Below, piece after piece: positions 28,854-42,274 of a stretch of 64,000 bases of DNA. The position numbers and the translations under genes were made by a program. Each line of letters opens with the position of its first letter. The first letter of the stretch is position 1. This stretch comes from Eledone cirrhosa (Eukaryota). Location: NCBI GenBank assembly GCA_964016885.1, contig OZ024740.1, positions 384,462,001 to 384,526,000 of the forward strand, given 5' to 3'. The notes under the pieces are model-generated. The model was not told where the DNA came from. It saw only the letters and a program-made list of their open reading frames with translations, and made no database searches.

Positions 28854-29831
28854 TATTTCGACAGCTGTCAGAAATTTCGCAGCTGTCGTACTCGCGAAGA
28901 CAATCTCCTAAGACCTGAATTTCAAGAGACGACAATATTGAGAGTTGTTATTCTCTTTCCTCACGTTTCTACTTGTGATTTTGATTGTCAAAGAAGACGC
29001 GAAAATCTCCCTTGCGTCACATCTGAGAAGCAGCATTACTTAATTTTGTTATCCTTTGCACCCTCAAGTTGTCCACCTGTGCCATAACTCGGCAAAGCCA
29101 TCAAAATCGTAAGCTCAAAATTAATTGAGAATGATGTCACTAGTACAGCGCGGATCTACTGGCACGGTCCTACACATTGCACCTGAGGTCTTAAACTCGC
29201 TCTAACAAAAAAGTGTCAATACTCTGGTTGATATCAGATCAGTCTCACCAGCTGATATCAGGTGAATTTATATTTCTTTGCGCATTTCTAGATAGTATCA
29301 ATGGTGGTGTGGAGCTTTTGCAACTAAACCACATCAAGAATCAAGGTCATCGCACTCAGCTAAGGCTGGTATGTGCCACTTTCGTTTTTTCATTCTCCGG
29401 TGTCTACTTTTTATGCATTGTCGTAACGGCCAACCTGTATCAAAGTGAAGCAGGAAATTATGTGATACCAGTAATTAAGTAACACAAGCAGAAAAACCAC
29501 CCATATTTCTGGGTGATTATCCTTCATCAGGACTGTATACCTCTGCCAATCTGTTGAACGGTTGAAAATATATAGTATTTTCTTAAGTACACATCGGCTG
29601 AGCAGCCTCATTTGCATACCGTGCGAGTTATAGCTGGCCTCACCGAATATTAAAAATAGAATTAGAATTTTATTTATCGCCCTGTGTGTGTATGTGTGCG
29701 TGCGTGTGTGTGTCTGTGTGTCTGCATGTCTGATTGTGTGTGTATATATAATATATCGCTGATTTCATCGCAAGCTTCAGTTCCTTAATAGAAAAGAGAT
29801 TTCTACATACCTTTGTATGAGGCATGAATAG

Positions 29832-30300
29832 TACAGGGCCACTAAAACAGATGGGTCCCCCTATATTTTGTGTCACTGAATATTTATCTTTCAACTCATT
29901 CCCCTTAAATTTCAGGACATGGCAAATACGTCTGAGAAGACAAAAAGACTCCAATGTGAATTCCCGCACCGGGTTATCTGTGCGAAACACTATTATAATT
30001 GTGGCGAGTGCAAGCAGATCCAGGTCACAATTTCATGCAATTTTTGAGAACGGAAAATTCTTCCTTCAAAACCAATATACAAAATTGGTTGAAGAAGTTT
30101 GAGACCTATTGGACAGTGGAGAACTGTAATACAATGTCTGCGGATCGTGCTACCCATTCTGGGAGACGCACAAAGCGTATACAAGAAGTTATTGACAAGG
30201 TCTAACAATTCTATTGAACACAATCCAAAGCGATCCCTGCGATGAAGCCAAACTTTAAGTCTGTCCACGAAAACTTCAGAAAGAGTTGACTTAGAATATA
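29832..30300 (+). pseudogene. Tc1/mariner-like transposase N-terminal (HTH) remnant
   Basis: TA-CAGGG start; frames give IQNWLKKFETYWTVEN...HSGRR...EVIDKV and SIEHNPKRSLR, typical of Tc1/mariner DNA-binding regions. Confidence 0.5.
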
Positions 30301-31261
30301 GAACTTGATTTGACCTGCTCAAACTCGGATTATACACATACTTCAGACCATTTTAAAAGGTGGTTGAGTTTTTTTGTTTGTGTGTTTTGGGGCAAAAGGT
30401 TCTTTTAGGTCAGCTGTTTAGCGGCCCAACTTTCATCTTTCTGAGTGTGAACTGTGACTGCTGCTTACAATCTTTATAAGCTTTATTTTGTTGTATATTT
30501 ATATATAATCCAAATTCTGTGTGGTTATGCATATTTCCGATATGGATCTGGATATCTAAGTTGCTTTCATCAAACCAGTCCTGGTGTTTCCCATAGAAAA
30601 CACCTAGGTTACTGTAGATATCTATATGTCAATTTTTAGCGCTTTTCAGGAAGCCTCAGTGTCCCTAGGGATCTAGACAGATTTGAGGGACAAGTGAAAT
30701 TTGCAGCCACCTATCAGTTTATCTCAAATCACGCACATTAACTTCAAGTCTGTTAGAAGAGCTTTTTTAGGTTTAAAGGACTCGACTATTATTTCTAGCT
30801 GTCGATAGCCCTATTCACGCCACTGGCCTAACGGCGGGGCGATGCTTTTTTTTTTAAACCACATGTACTTTTCGCCGTTATTCCTTGATTTGCTTTTAGC
30901 ATGTAATCATAGATAGCTAAATCTTCTCCTTTGCCGATGATCCAAGATTTGACATCAATGATTCACCGTTTTCTTCAATGGAATAAATACAAATGAGATT
31001 AATCATTATCGCAAGGTATCTATATTCAAGGTTCTTGTAAATTTTTAATACGTTAGCTCCATAACTATTTGTGTTTATACACTTTACAAATTATTCCCTG
31101 TGGTTGTTTCATGTATTTATTATATATATATATGTCATTCGGCTTTTAATCTAATAAATGCTCAGATTTACTACTTGGAATCTTATTCCACGGCTGGTAT
31201 GGTGCATGGTTCTCATATTCTCGGACATGGCATCTTTAATCTAATTTTTCTAGTATATATA

Positions 31262-31455
31262 TAATAATTGTTTCTATTTTAGGCACAAGGCCAGCAATTA
31301 CCCAGTACATTACTGGTACTTTATTTTATCCACCCCGTAAGGATGAAAGGCAAAGTTAACCTCGGCGGAATTTGAACTCAGAATGGAAAGGGCCGTAACT
31401 CTTTGCTAGAAAGCATGGCGTCCAACCCTCTACCGATACTGCCAATTCACCGCCC

Positions 31456-31457
<2 letters not shown>
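31262..31457 (-). mobile_element. tRNA-derived SINE
   Basis: Same A/B boxes, core and tail as 60867-61060. Confidence 0.9.
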
Positions 31458-31489
<32 letters not shown>

Positions 31490-31771
31490 GATTTCATTTA
31501 TTGGCCACAAGGGCCGACATATGGGGGACAATACAAAAGACTGGGACAGTGGGGTTTTACAGAAAAATCGAGTAAACAATATGAATAACAATAACAAAGT
31601 AACAATAACAAAGTAACAATAAAGTAACAAGAAAATTACAGCAAGAAAAAAATTCCCCAATAGGGGGGATGACCACCTAGGGTTCGCTCAGGTACCCCAC
31701 CAGTCCTGAACGACGCGACGCTTCGAGAGCACCCTGGAAGGGCACCCCCTCTCCTCTTCAAATTTACCTAC

Positions 31772-34700
31772 CTACAACCGCATGACCAGAGTAGGCCCAC
31801 TCACACGGGCCATTCTCGCCACTTTCACCCACCTTTCAGCAAATGTACTGGGGGGGGGGGGAAGCACTTCTCTCTCCATCTTCACCTTCTTTACCAAGTG
31901 AAACTTGAAAAAGTTGATGAGGGATTGGCCGAAGAGAAAATTGTCTGACTTCAGTCCTTTCAACCTCGTCCACCATACAACCTCTTTCGCTACTGCCACC
32001 AGGCAGAGGAAAATTGGCTGCCCTTCCTGGCCAAAAGAAGGCGGCGGGTCGATCTTCACTATGGACTCGGCCGATAGCCGGATCCGTTCTACACGCGACA
32101 ACAGCTGTTCAACATAACTCCACAAGTCAGTAATGCACGGACACTGGACGAGTGCGTGAGAGAACGGTTTCGTCGCTCTGCGCGCATCTCGGGAGGTCCG
32201 TCTGACAGCACTTCCGTGCCTGTAGAGTTTAGCTCGAACCGGCAGTGCCGCCCGGTAGCACTGCCAAGCGAGGGACTTGTGAAAATTATCCATCGTCCCC
32301 GGCTCGAAAGTCCTCCGGTACAGACTGGTTAGTTTACTTCGTTGACTCCCAGAGCCTCTCCGAGTGCGTCGTCGCACTTGCCCACCACTAACCTCTATAG
32401 AACTCGAGAGTGGAAGTTCTACTGACCGCATTACCGGCCTGGTAGAGGGCAGTGAGTGCTTGGCAACATTCCAGATGCCAGTCACCCAGTCTCGGTCACT
32501 TCTTGACCCATGACTTCAACTCAGTCAAAGAAACGAGCTGCGGAAAGGCCCGTCTGACAAACGGCGACCACACCTGTTCACCGTTTAGGAAGAATATCTG
32601 GAGATGCCGCAGCCTCAGCTCGTGCCTGCGCATCACTAGCCACGGCATGCCCAGCCCCCCACGTAGAGGGTGCTGGCAGCAGATGGACCGCCTCACCAGC
32701 GGAACTTGACCCCTCCACAAGAATTTGAAGAGGAGCCGCTCCAAGATGGAGAGGTGCGGACGGGGGCAAGGGACGACAGTCAGACGGTAGTAGATGACGG
32801 ACGCGATGTACGCGTTCGCCACCTCCGCCCGACCTTTCAGTGATAGCTTCATCCCAGCCCATTTCTGCGTGAGACTGACTACCCTGCCCGTCACCTCATC
32901 CCAATTCTTATCCACCTGGAGATCTGGCCCAAACCAAACCCCTAGCAACTTTACCGGTCCGCCCGTCCAGCTCCTAACGACACTGTTGGACGGCATGGAC
33001 TTGCCTCTCCAGGTGCCGAGTTGCAAGCCTACTGACCTTTCCGGGTTAAGTTTTGCTCCCGTCAACCTTTCATATTCCTCCAATAAGTTGCCGACCACCT
33101 CGATTTCTGAGGTGTCCGACACCATCACGGTGATGTCGTCCGTATAAGCCGACACGGCCTTTCCGCGTCCCGTTTCTAGGGGGATGCCCTGCAACAGTTC
33201 CAGCTTCCGCAGTAAAGGCTCGAGAGTCAATACGTACAGAAGGGAGGAGAGAGGGCACCCTTGACGGACCGATCGGGAGACCTGAAACGGTTCCGAGAGG
33301 TGGCCATTAATTTTGACTATCGAGCAGGTGCCGCTGTGCATTGCAGCGATCCAGCTTCTGAAGACGGGGCCGAAGCCAGCCGCCTTGAGGACAGCCTCCA
33401 GGTACCGATGGTGGACCCTATCGAATTCTTTCGATTGATCTAAATTGATCAGAGACCCACCGAAGCCAGGTTTATCCCCAACCCTCTCTATGATGTATCG
33501 TATTAGGTGGAGGTTGTCGTGTATGGACCTGGTTGGGATTGCGCAAGTTTGCGCCTCCCCAACCACATCCCCGACGACAAGCGCCAACCTCTTCGCTAAC
33601 ACCCTGGCCAAAATCTTAAACTCTGTGTTGTGCAGAGTTATGAGCCTGAAATTGTCTAATGTGTCCCTCTTGTTCTCGTCTTTCCTTATCAGCGTGACTA
33701 CGCTCCGGCTCACAGAACTGGGAATACTCTCGTTTTGCTACCAGTTGCACTAGAGGGCTTCGAGGAGATTGGAGAACAATCTGGCATATTTACGTAAAGC
33801 TCGTAGGGCAGACCATCCAAACCGGGTGACTTGTGCCTCATGCAGCCTACAAGGGCATCCTGAATCTCGGCTGAAGTAATTGGCCTTTCGCAGCGCCCAG
33901 CGTCAGCCGTCGAGAGTTGCGGCAAGCCATCGAGGTAGGGACTGAAGTCCGCCACGATCTCTGACCCGCCAGATCCCCCGAACAACCGAGCAAAATGTTA
34001 GCGAAAGGCGTCACACATACACTTGGAATCGTTCAGCTCGTGCCCGTCTCGGTCCGTCAAAGACCGAATCGTGGTTTTATTACCACGCTGCGCCTCTGCC
34101 ACGCGGGCCAATCGACCAGCTTTGGTTTCCTCGTTTCTCAAAGCACGCGCCTTAGCTCTGACAATGCAACCTTCGTGTTTCGCATTGAAGAAATGGTCTA
34201 ATGCCATTCTCGCCGCTAGCACATCAGTTGCAATGCCACTATTAATAGCCTCGTCTAACTTATCACCCCCCCCCCCCCCCCCTTCTATTTTTCTCTAATG
34301 CTACTTCTTTGCTAAACTCTATCGACATTACTCTAATCTCTCTTTTGAGAGCCCCCCACCATCTATTGTCGACGACTCTCCCTGTCAACTTTTTCTTAAC
34401 TAAATTGTTGACCTGGTCCCTGTAAGCCTTACGTGCCGGAAATGACATGTTTATCTTCCAGTAACCAGGTCCTAACCTACGCGTCTTATCTAGGTCGACC
34501 ATACAGATCACAAACTTGTGATCTGAATAGGCGACCGTTTCAAAACGTGGACAGCTTACACTATTTCTCTCTATTTTGCTAATGAATATCCTGTCTATAT
34601 ACGAACTAGATGACCCTCTGCGGTTAGCCAAGGTCCACACTGTCACATTAGGGAAATCTAGTCGGTACCTGTCATACAGTTGGAACTGGCTGATCAGGTT

Positions 34701-35197
34701 CTCGAGGCTTTTGCACCCCCCGCTGCTATCGGATACTCCCACACAGTCCCAGCGTGCGTCTAAGATGCCGTTCCAGTCCCCCGCTTACAGTAAAGGGCGA
34801 GACGTACCCAGAAAGGCTTCCAGGCGTCTAAACAAGTCCGGCCGTCCTGCCCCAGTAGGAGCATAGACGGCCACCAGTCTAAAGGCACCACCTTCATTAT
34901 TGTTCACGTCCAGGACACAAACTTCCCGTCCGGTTCCCGGAAGATCGACCTTACCTCGAGATCCAGGCCTTTCCTAAACAGCACTGCCACCCCGCCTCCC
35001 ATTCCCGGCCGGCTAACAGATGCAAAGATCTGATAGTCGTCGAAAATGGGGGCTAGTGCGCGCGTGTCGGAAATCCTGGTCTCGCTGACTGCAATTACAT
35101 CCATTTCTATAGACCTGAGGTCGTTGAGCAGGTGACCCTGCTTCCAGGACGATCCCAGGCCTCGAACATTTAAACATCCTACTCTTAATACAGCCAT
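31772..35197 (-). pseudogene. Tx1 ORF2 (APE-RT-ZnF), frameshifted
   Basis: GCLNVRGL, VSET, SDHK, GYWKIN, KSPGLDGLP, RQGCPLS, YTDD, KLLGVWFG. Confidence 0.92.
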
Positions 35198-35212
35198 GAA
35201 AGAGAGGAAGGT

Positions 35213-37188
35213 TTACTTACCTTCCGGGCTCTTGTGAAGGTCTGGTTGTTCGACCTCCATAGTTAGTGGGGTTTCTTTTGGTAACCCCTTTAAAAGTCTT
35301 GAAGTGGGTTTTACGTTCGGGGTTCCCACATCCCGAGGAAAGCTGTCTCGTATTTCTTTGAATATGTCGAGCGACATTCACACAAGAACCAAATCTTCCG
35401 GCACGCGAAATGTGCTCGATTTAAAAATGTCCCCCTCTTTTTGTATATTTTCACTTCGTGCTACGAGGGCCATCAGTTCCTTGTTGTCCCTCCTCACGAG
35501 CACGAAGTTTTGTATGTTTTGTTGGTGTGATTTTATTTGTTTGCGTGACTGTGGTGGTTGTGGTTTTGGTGGTGTTGTTTCGGTTGTATCTGTGTTTGTT
35601 GTGAGTGCGATGTCTGTGGTTTCAGATGTTTGTGTGTATATTTGTTCTTGCGTCTGTTTCGGTTGTTTCCGTTTGGGGGATTCTGGTGATGGTGATGGTG
35701 GTGTTGATGTTGGTGTTATTGGAGAGATGTTTGCGTGGGTGGTGTCTGCGTTTTTTATTGTGGGTGCTTTTGTGCTTTGTTGAGTTTTTTTTTTCTTTTT
35801 GTGTTTCCTTTTTTTGTATTCTGGGGGATTTTGGATTTCCCTCATTTTCACTACTGGTAGATGAGGTGCCTGTGTCTGTAAATGTGTCTGTATGTATGTT
35901 TAAGGTTTTATTGGTGTGTGTATTTTTGGGGGGAGGGGGAATTTGACAACTTTCCTCGTTTCCCCCCTGGGTGGTCAATGTTGTTGGTGGTCATTCTATT
36001 GGTGTTGTTGTTGTTGGTTTTGCCGGAGCAGGTGTTGGCTGTGGTCCTCGCCCCGGCGTCGGAAGCTGTGGAGCCTTTCGACCCCTTGCCTCTTTCAGCA
36101 GTTGAGGGCAGAAGGCTCGCAAATGGGGTTTTTCCCCACAAACAAAACACTGCGGCCTTTTGCCTTCGGTCATAATGTGAATGACAGTCCCATTCTGAAG
36201 GCGGATGTTGTCTGGGATTGTCTTCACATTCTCGGGCCTGATCTGGAGAAGGATCTCCAGGTCAACCTCGGACCAGTCTTCTCTGGCCGTTCTGGTCACT
36301 TCTATAGGGACTGTATCCGTCCCCTCCACAATCACACATCCCAGAAGCCACCACATGTCAAGTCCTGGTGGGATTCTGGGAATGCGGAGACGGGCCGTTC
36401 TTTTCCCATGTGGGAGCAGTACATTATGACCTTGCTGGTTTTGCAAGGAGTCATAGCGTGTTTCATAGCGAGGGCTTATGACATGAACAACGCCGAAATG
36501 GTGCCGTACTGTCTGCCCCTCTCTATGTACTGGGTGTCTTCTCTGATGCACCTCAGCGCGACTTCGATATCTTCTTGTGGGATTAACGTTGCCCTTTTTT
36601 TTTGTGCTGAGATGCATCTATAATGCACTGTTTTGCGCTCCACTGCTTCAATAGCTTCTACCGGGACAGTTAAGTTGGCCCAAGTTTGCTCTTGCTTGAT
36701 GAACTTCCATGCCTGGGCCAACTTTTCATCTTTGTTTGAGAGGTCCATGTTGAGGCATGGCCTCTTTTTTGCTGCTGCCTCAGCGAAAGTGGTCTTGTTT
36801 TCGTTGGGGGTGTTGTTGACGTTGTTCTTGTTGGTGTTGTTGTTAGCACTGTCGCTGTTATCATTGTTGTCTTTGTTGCCACCGTTGTTCTCGGTGCAGT
36901 TGGTATTGTTGCTTTTGGTGTTGTCGCTATTTGTTTTCATGTTAATGGTGTTGATATTGTTGTTGTATTTGTTATTTTTGTTTTGTTATCTGTATTTTCG
37001 TTGTCGCTGTTACTGTCATTTTTTTCAAAATTAGAGTTCTTATTGGTATCATTGGTGTCTTTGTTTACCTTGTTTGTGGTGGTGTTTGTGTTATCAATGT
37101 GTGTTAATTTCGCTGTAGCGCTCCTCTCAACTTCTACGTCGTTGTCGCACGTCAGCCGACATATCGCTGGGGGGCGTGGCTCAGCCAT
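35213..37188 (-). pseudogene. Tx1 ORF1 (Asn/Thr-rich region, RRM-like core, CCHC knuckle), disrupted
   Basis: ORFs 36937-37257, 36476-36940, 35991-36617, 35378-35851; ends MEVEQPDLHKSPEGK*. Confidence 0.8.
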
Positions 37189-37409
37189 GTTTTCTTTTAT
37201 TCGTAAATTTTTTAACATGTAAAAAAAAAGTTCAAATATTTGGGCCGAAAGGCCCAAAGATTATACTTTCCCCTTCACGGAGCAAAGTCTAAGGGCTTAT
37301 ATCCCTAAAAAAACAAGAAATATTTAACAACAAATAATTTAAACAGGCAAATAAAGCGATTTACTGGGAGCGAGCAAAATACGTCCGCTTAGACCAATAA
37401 TAATAATAA

Positions 37410-37580
37410 TTGCTTCTACTTTTGGCACAAGGCAATTACCAAGTACATTACTGGTACTTTATTTTATCGACCCCGTAAAGTTAACGTTGGCAGAATTTGA
37501 ACTCAGAATGGAAAGGGCCGTAACACTTTGCTAGAAAGCATGGCGTCCAACCCTCTATCGATACTGCCAATTCACCGCCC

Positions 37581-37581
<1 letters not shown>
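37410..37581 (-). mobile_element. tRNA-derived SINE (small internal deletions)
   Basis: Matches the other SINE copies; bounded by (TAA)n. Confidence 0.85.
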
Positions 37582-37619
<38 letters not shown>

Positions 37620-37620
<1 letters not shown>

Positions 37621-37809
37621 TGTTTCTATTTTAGGCACAAGGCCAGGAATTACCCAGCACATTACTGGTACTTTATTTTATCGACCCCGTAAGGATGAAG
37701 GGGCAAAGTTAACCTCGGCGAAATTTGAACTCAGAATGGAAAGGGCCGTAACACTTTGCTAGAAAGCATGGCGTCTAACCCTCTACCGATACTACCAATT
37801 CACCGCCCT
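37620..37809 (-). mobile_element. tRNA-derived SINE
   Basis: Matches the other SINE copies; bounded by (TAA)n. Confidence 0.9.
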
Positions 37810-37830
37810 TATATATATAATAATAATAAT

Positions 37831-40800
37831 GATTTCTGTATTAACCACAAGGGTTTACATAAAGTAGACATTAAGGACAGTGCAGGACGATACAGGACGG
37901 TACAAATGGGCATTTCTGCGTGTAAAAAACAAAAACAGAGATGTAACAAAAAAAATAACAACGAAAAATTCCCCAATAGGGGGGAGACTTCCGAGGGACA
38001 TTTGTGGAGAAAGCCCAGTAAAAGGCCACAGTGACCCTGACCACCAAGCAAGTGCCCTCTCCCAGTTTTCCACCTTTAATTTACAGATACATACTCAGAG
38101 TAGGCCCATTCACTCGGGCCATTCTTGCTTCTCTCACCCATCTTTCAACAAAATGCTGGGAAGAGAGCACTTCCCTCTCTACTCTGATTTTCCTTTTCAA
38201 AAGGAATTTGAAAAAGTCAATCAGGGCATCACCGAAGAGGTAAGTGCTCGTCTTCAGCCCTTCCAAACGTGTCCACCATACTATCTCTTTCGCCATGGCC
38301 ACCTGACAGATAAAAAGGAGGAGGGTGGGGCAATCCTCACGATGGACTCAGATGATAGCCGGATCTGTCCTACACGCGACAGCAGGTGTTCGACATAAAC
38401 CCACAAGTCAGCAATTTTCGGATACTGGACGAGTGCGTGCAGGACGGTTTCGTCGCCCTGCGCGCATCTCGGACATGCCCGGTTGACGGCACCTCCATGC
38501 CTGTAGAGTTTATCCCGAAATTGCTCCTCGGTAGCACTGCCAGGCCAGAGATTTCTGGAAGTTGTCCATAGGCCCCGGCCCGAATGTTCTTCCGAATAGA
38601 TTGTCTAGTTGATTTTCGTAGACGCCTGGAGTTTCCCCAAGTACGTCGTCGCTCTTCGCCTCCACTAATCCTCTATAGAACGCCAATGTGGAGTTTCCAC
38701 CGATCACATTGCCCGATTGGTCGAGGGCTGTGAGCGCCTGAAGACATTCCAGTGCCTGGCGCTCCCACTCGGTCTGCGCTTTACCCAGGACTGCAGCTCC
38801 GTCAAGGAAACGAGCTGGGGAAATACGTGTCTAGCAAACGGCGACCACACCTGATCACCGTCGAGGAAGAGGTGGAGATGTCGTAGCCTGAGCGCGTGTC
38901 TGCGCATCATCAGCCACGGCATGCCCAGCCCTCCACGTAGCAGGTGTTGACAGCAGATGGATCACCTGACCATCGGAGCGCGTCCCTTCCACAAAAAGCG
39001 AAAGAGCAAACGCTCCAGCTCAGTCAGGCGGGGCTTAGGACAAGGTACGACGGTCAGGCGGTAGTAGATGTCGGACGCGATGTACGCGTTAGCCACCTCC
39101 GCTCGACCTTTCCGGGATAGCTTCCTCTCGGCCCATTTCTGGGGGAGAGAAGTCACCCTGCTCGTCACCTCGTCCCAGTTTTTGTTCGTCTGGAGGTCCG
39201 GACCGAACCAGACCCCTAGCAATTTAACCGGTCTGTCCGTCCAGCGCCCGACGACGCTGTTGGACGGCATGGACCTGCCTCTCCAGGTGCCGAGCTGCAG
39301 GCCCACTGACTTTTCCTGGTTGATCATTGCTTCTGACACCGCTTCGTATTCTCTTAGTATAGTGCCGATCGCCTCGATGTGTTTGGCGTTCGACACCACT
39401 ACGGTGACATCGTCCGAATATGCTGACATGGATCTTCCGCATCCTAGTTCGCGCGGGACGCCCCTCAACGTCTCCAGTTTGTGCAGCAATGGCTCGAGAG
39501 TCAATATGTACAAGAGGGACGAGAGGGGACATCCTTGGCGGACCGAGCGCATGATGTTGAACGGTTCCGAAAGGTGACCGTTCACTCTCACCACAGAGCA
39601 GATGTCGCTGTGCATGGCAGCGATCCAGCCTCTGAAGACGGGCCCAAAGACAGCCGTCCTCAGTACTGCTGCTAGGTAACGATGGTCGACCCTATCGAAA
39701 GCTTTCGACTGATCTAAATTGATCAAGGACCCACCCGTGGAAAATCCTCCACAGGCGTTGGTTTTGGTTGTGGCGTGGTGGATGGTGTAGGCGCTGGTGC
39801 TAGATCTGGCGCGTTGGGTGATGGTGGTGTTGGTTTTGCTACTGTTGCTGGGGTTGTTGCTGTTACAGTTGCTTCTGTTGTTGCTGCCATTTCTGCTGCT
39901 GGTGGTGTTGATGGTTGAGTCACTGGCGTGGGTAAGAGAGGTGGCCTCAACCTTTTAACCTGAGGGCAGAAAGCCCTTAGGTGGGTTCCTTCACCACAAA
40001 CGACACACCTAGGTCTTCTGCCCTCGACGATTACGGTGAGGTGGCTGCCGTCAGTGAGGTATATTACCTGTGGGATCTCCTCATTGCTTTTATGGTCCGC
40101 TTGGATCAGGAGCTCCATCCCAGATCCGGACCAGTTCTCCTGCTTTTCTTTCGCTATTTCAATTTTCTTGGTGTTGGCCTCGATGCCGGCGAGGACGGCA
40201 GCCATTAGCCAGGGAATTTCGATGGCCGGTGGAACGTGGGTCACCCTGATCTTCACAAGTCTCTAGCCACAATAGCTTGGGACGAGTGTGAAGTCGTCAC
40301 TTCGTAATGGGGCCATGGAGTGTTCTCTGGCCTCCTGTGGTGTTTCAAAGAACACGTCCACGGTTCAATATTTCTGCCCACGTCTGATGTGGGGTTTTTT
40401 TGCCCACACATGTCCCAAAGCATTGTGGATTTGGGACTCGGATGCCCGTTCCACTCGGCGCGATTTTATTTTAATTGTCCGATAAGACACGGTGCATAGG
40501 CGACGTTGCTCCATTTTATTAGGTGTGGGGGGAGGCTGACCATGTACCCATCTTTCTTTACCATTGCTTTGGCTTCTTCTAATTCCTCCTGAGTTACCTG
40601 TATCGCTTCGCACGTTTTTGCTACTCTGGCAAAACTCAGGGTAGTTTTCTTAATTTCATTGTTGCTGTTATTGTTATCTTTATTTTTGCTATTGTTAATT
40701 TTAGTTTCAGTTGTGGTGGTGGTGGCGTCAGTGGTGTTCGGTGTGGAAGAGTTCATTTTGGTTGAATTCAATTTCGATACCACGAGTTAATTTATTATTT

Positions 40801-41231
40801 ACTTTTGTTTCTGTTGTCGCTGTGGGAGTGGTGGGGGTGGCGGCTTTAACACCTGCAGTCATTGGTAATGGCGGGAAATGAACGTCTGCCTGAGACAAAT
40901 TTAAAATATTGCTACTGCTTACATTTCCAGTGTTGGCAAACGTAGCAATATTTACAATGATGGTGTCGGTGTGAGGTGTTAGATTGTGAGGAAGGAGTGA
41001 CTCTGAGTCATCCATGATTTTTTAAAGAAAGAATCTTTGTTTGATAATTATAAGAAGTTTAAATTTTGGGCACAAGGCCCCAATATCTTTGAGTGTCCTT
41101 TTCAGAAATCAATGTATGTGCACTTATATACAGTTAACAATAAAAATTTTCCATAAATGGCAATTTTAAACAACTGAAAATAACAAATCTTTGCGGAGCT
41201 CACGATGATACGATTTACTACGTAGGTCGCC
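37831..41231 (-). mobile_element. Tx1 LINE, subfamily C, with ~2.4-kb internal deletion (end of ORF1, APE and start of RT lost)
   Basis: Colinear with 47401-53293 except for the junction at about 39737; both ends in (TAA)n. Confidence 0.9.
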
Positions 41232-41278
<47 letters not shown>

Positions 41279-42137
41279 TAATAATAAGGGAAGAAGACGC
41301 ACGAGGTGGTAGAAGGTCATGAAATCGCTCCCGTAAATTTTTGATTTTTAACATATTTAAATCAATTGTGAAATAACAATTCTTAGTACAAATGTTGCAT
41401 AATCCACCGAATGAAGTCCCATACAATTGCGGATCCATATTATATTGTTATATCGCTCAAATATTCAATTTTGTATTATATATTTTGTATTCAAAAAAAG
41501 AAAATGGTTATAAATGGAAGAAAACACCCTCTGTCTACACTATATAGAACAGCCAAATAACAGCAATTTCACCGACACCAGAAAGGTGATACACCACCTA
41601 TCCCATCACACTAAATATAACAGCCAGATAACGACAATTTCACCACCACCACCATCAATCCCGACACGATAATATTAATTACTATTATTATTGTCTCAAA
41701 TTTTAACAAAATGTTTAATCCCAATTTTACAGGAATATGTCAACACTATATATATTAAACATACGAACACAAACTCATAGATACTACATATCACAAAACC
41801 CAGTAACCACAACGCCACCGCCGCCACCACCCCATCCATCATCTTGCTACCACTATCCCATCGCTGCCGCCACAACTCCTTCATTGCTACCACCACTATT
41901 CCCCTGTTAACTTGAGAGAAAAAGGGGAAGGTGGCGGTATCACTAGACAAGGGAGGGGCTAGCAAAAGATATAATTAGATTGACTTAGTGACCTGGCCAC
42001 CAGCCAAACGTCAACAGCAAAAACTATGGGACTGCTGGCTCACCGCTCCCTCACCAACAATATAAAAATCCCCGGCACCACCACCGACATAGCCAACAAC
42101 AATAACAGGCAACTACAGCAAAACGTATATTATATTA

Positions 42138-42192
42138 TTGTAATGCACTGGGTGATTGCTGGCCTTGTGCCTGGAGTGGAGACAATTATTAA
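42138..42192 (+). mobile_element. SINE 3' tail fragment
   Basis: GTAATGCACTGGGTGATTGCTGGCCTTGTGCC..GTGGAGACAATTATT. Confidence 0.7.
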
Positions 42193-42274
42193 TAATTTCA
42201 TGTTTAAGCCACGCAATGTTCACATTAAGGTACCACTCATGATAATAACAATTTAAAAAAAAACAACAAAAAGA

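Larger units (their letters stand above)
31490..37395 (-). mobile_element. Tx1-clade LINE, subfamily B, full-length, in (TAA)n
   Basis: ORF1 with CCHC knuckle (CFVCGEKPHLRAFC) and APE-RT ORF2; (TAA)n at both ends. Confidence 0.92.
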
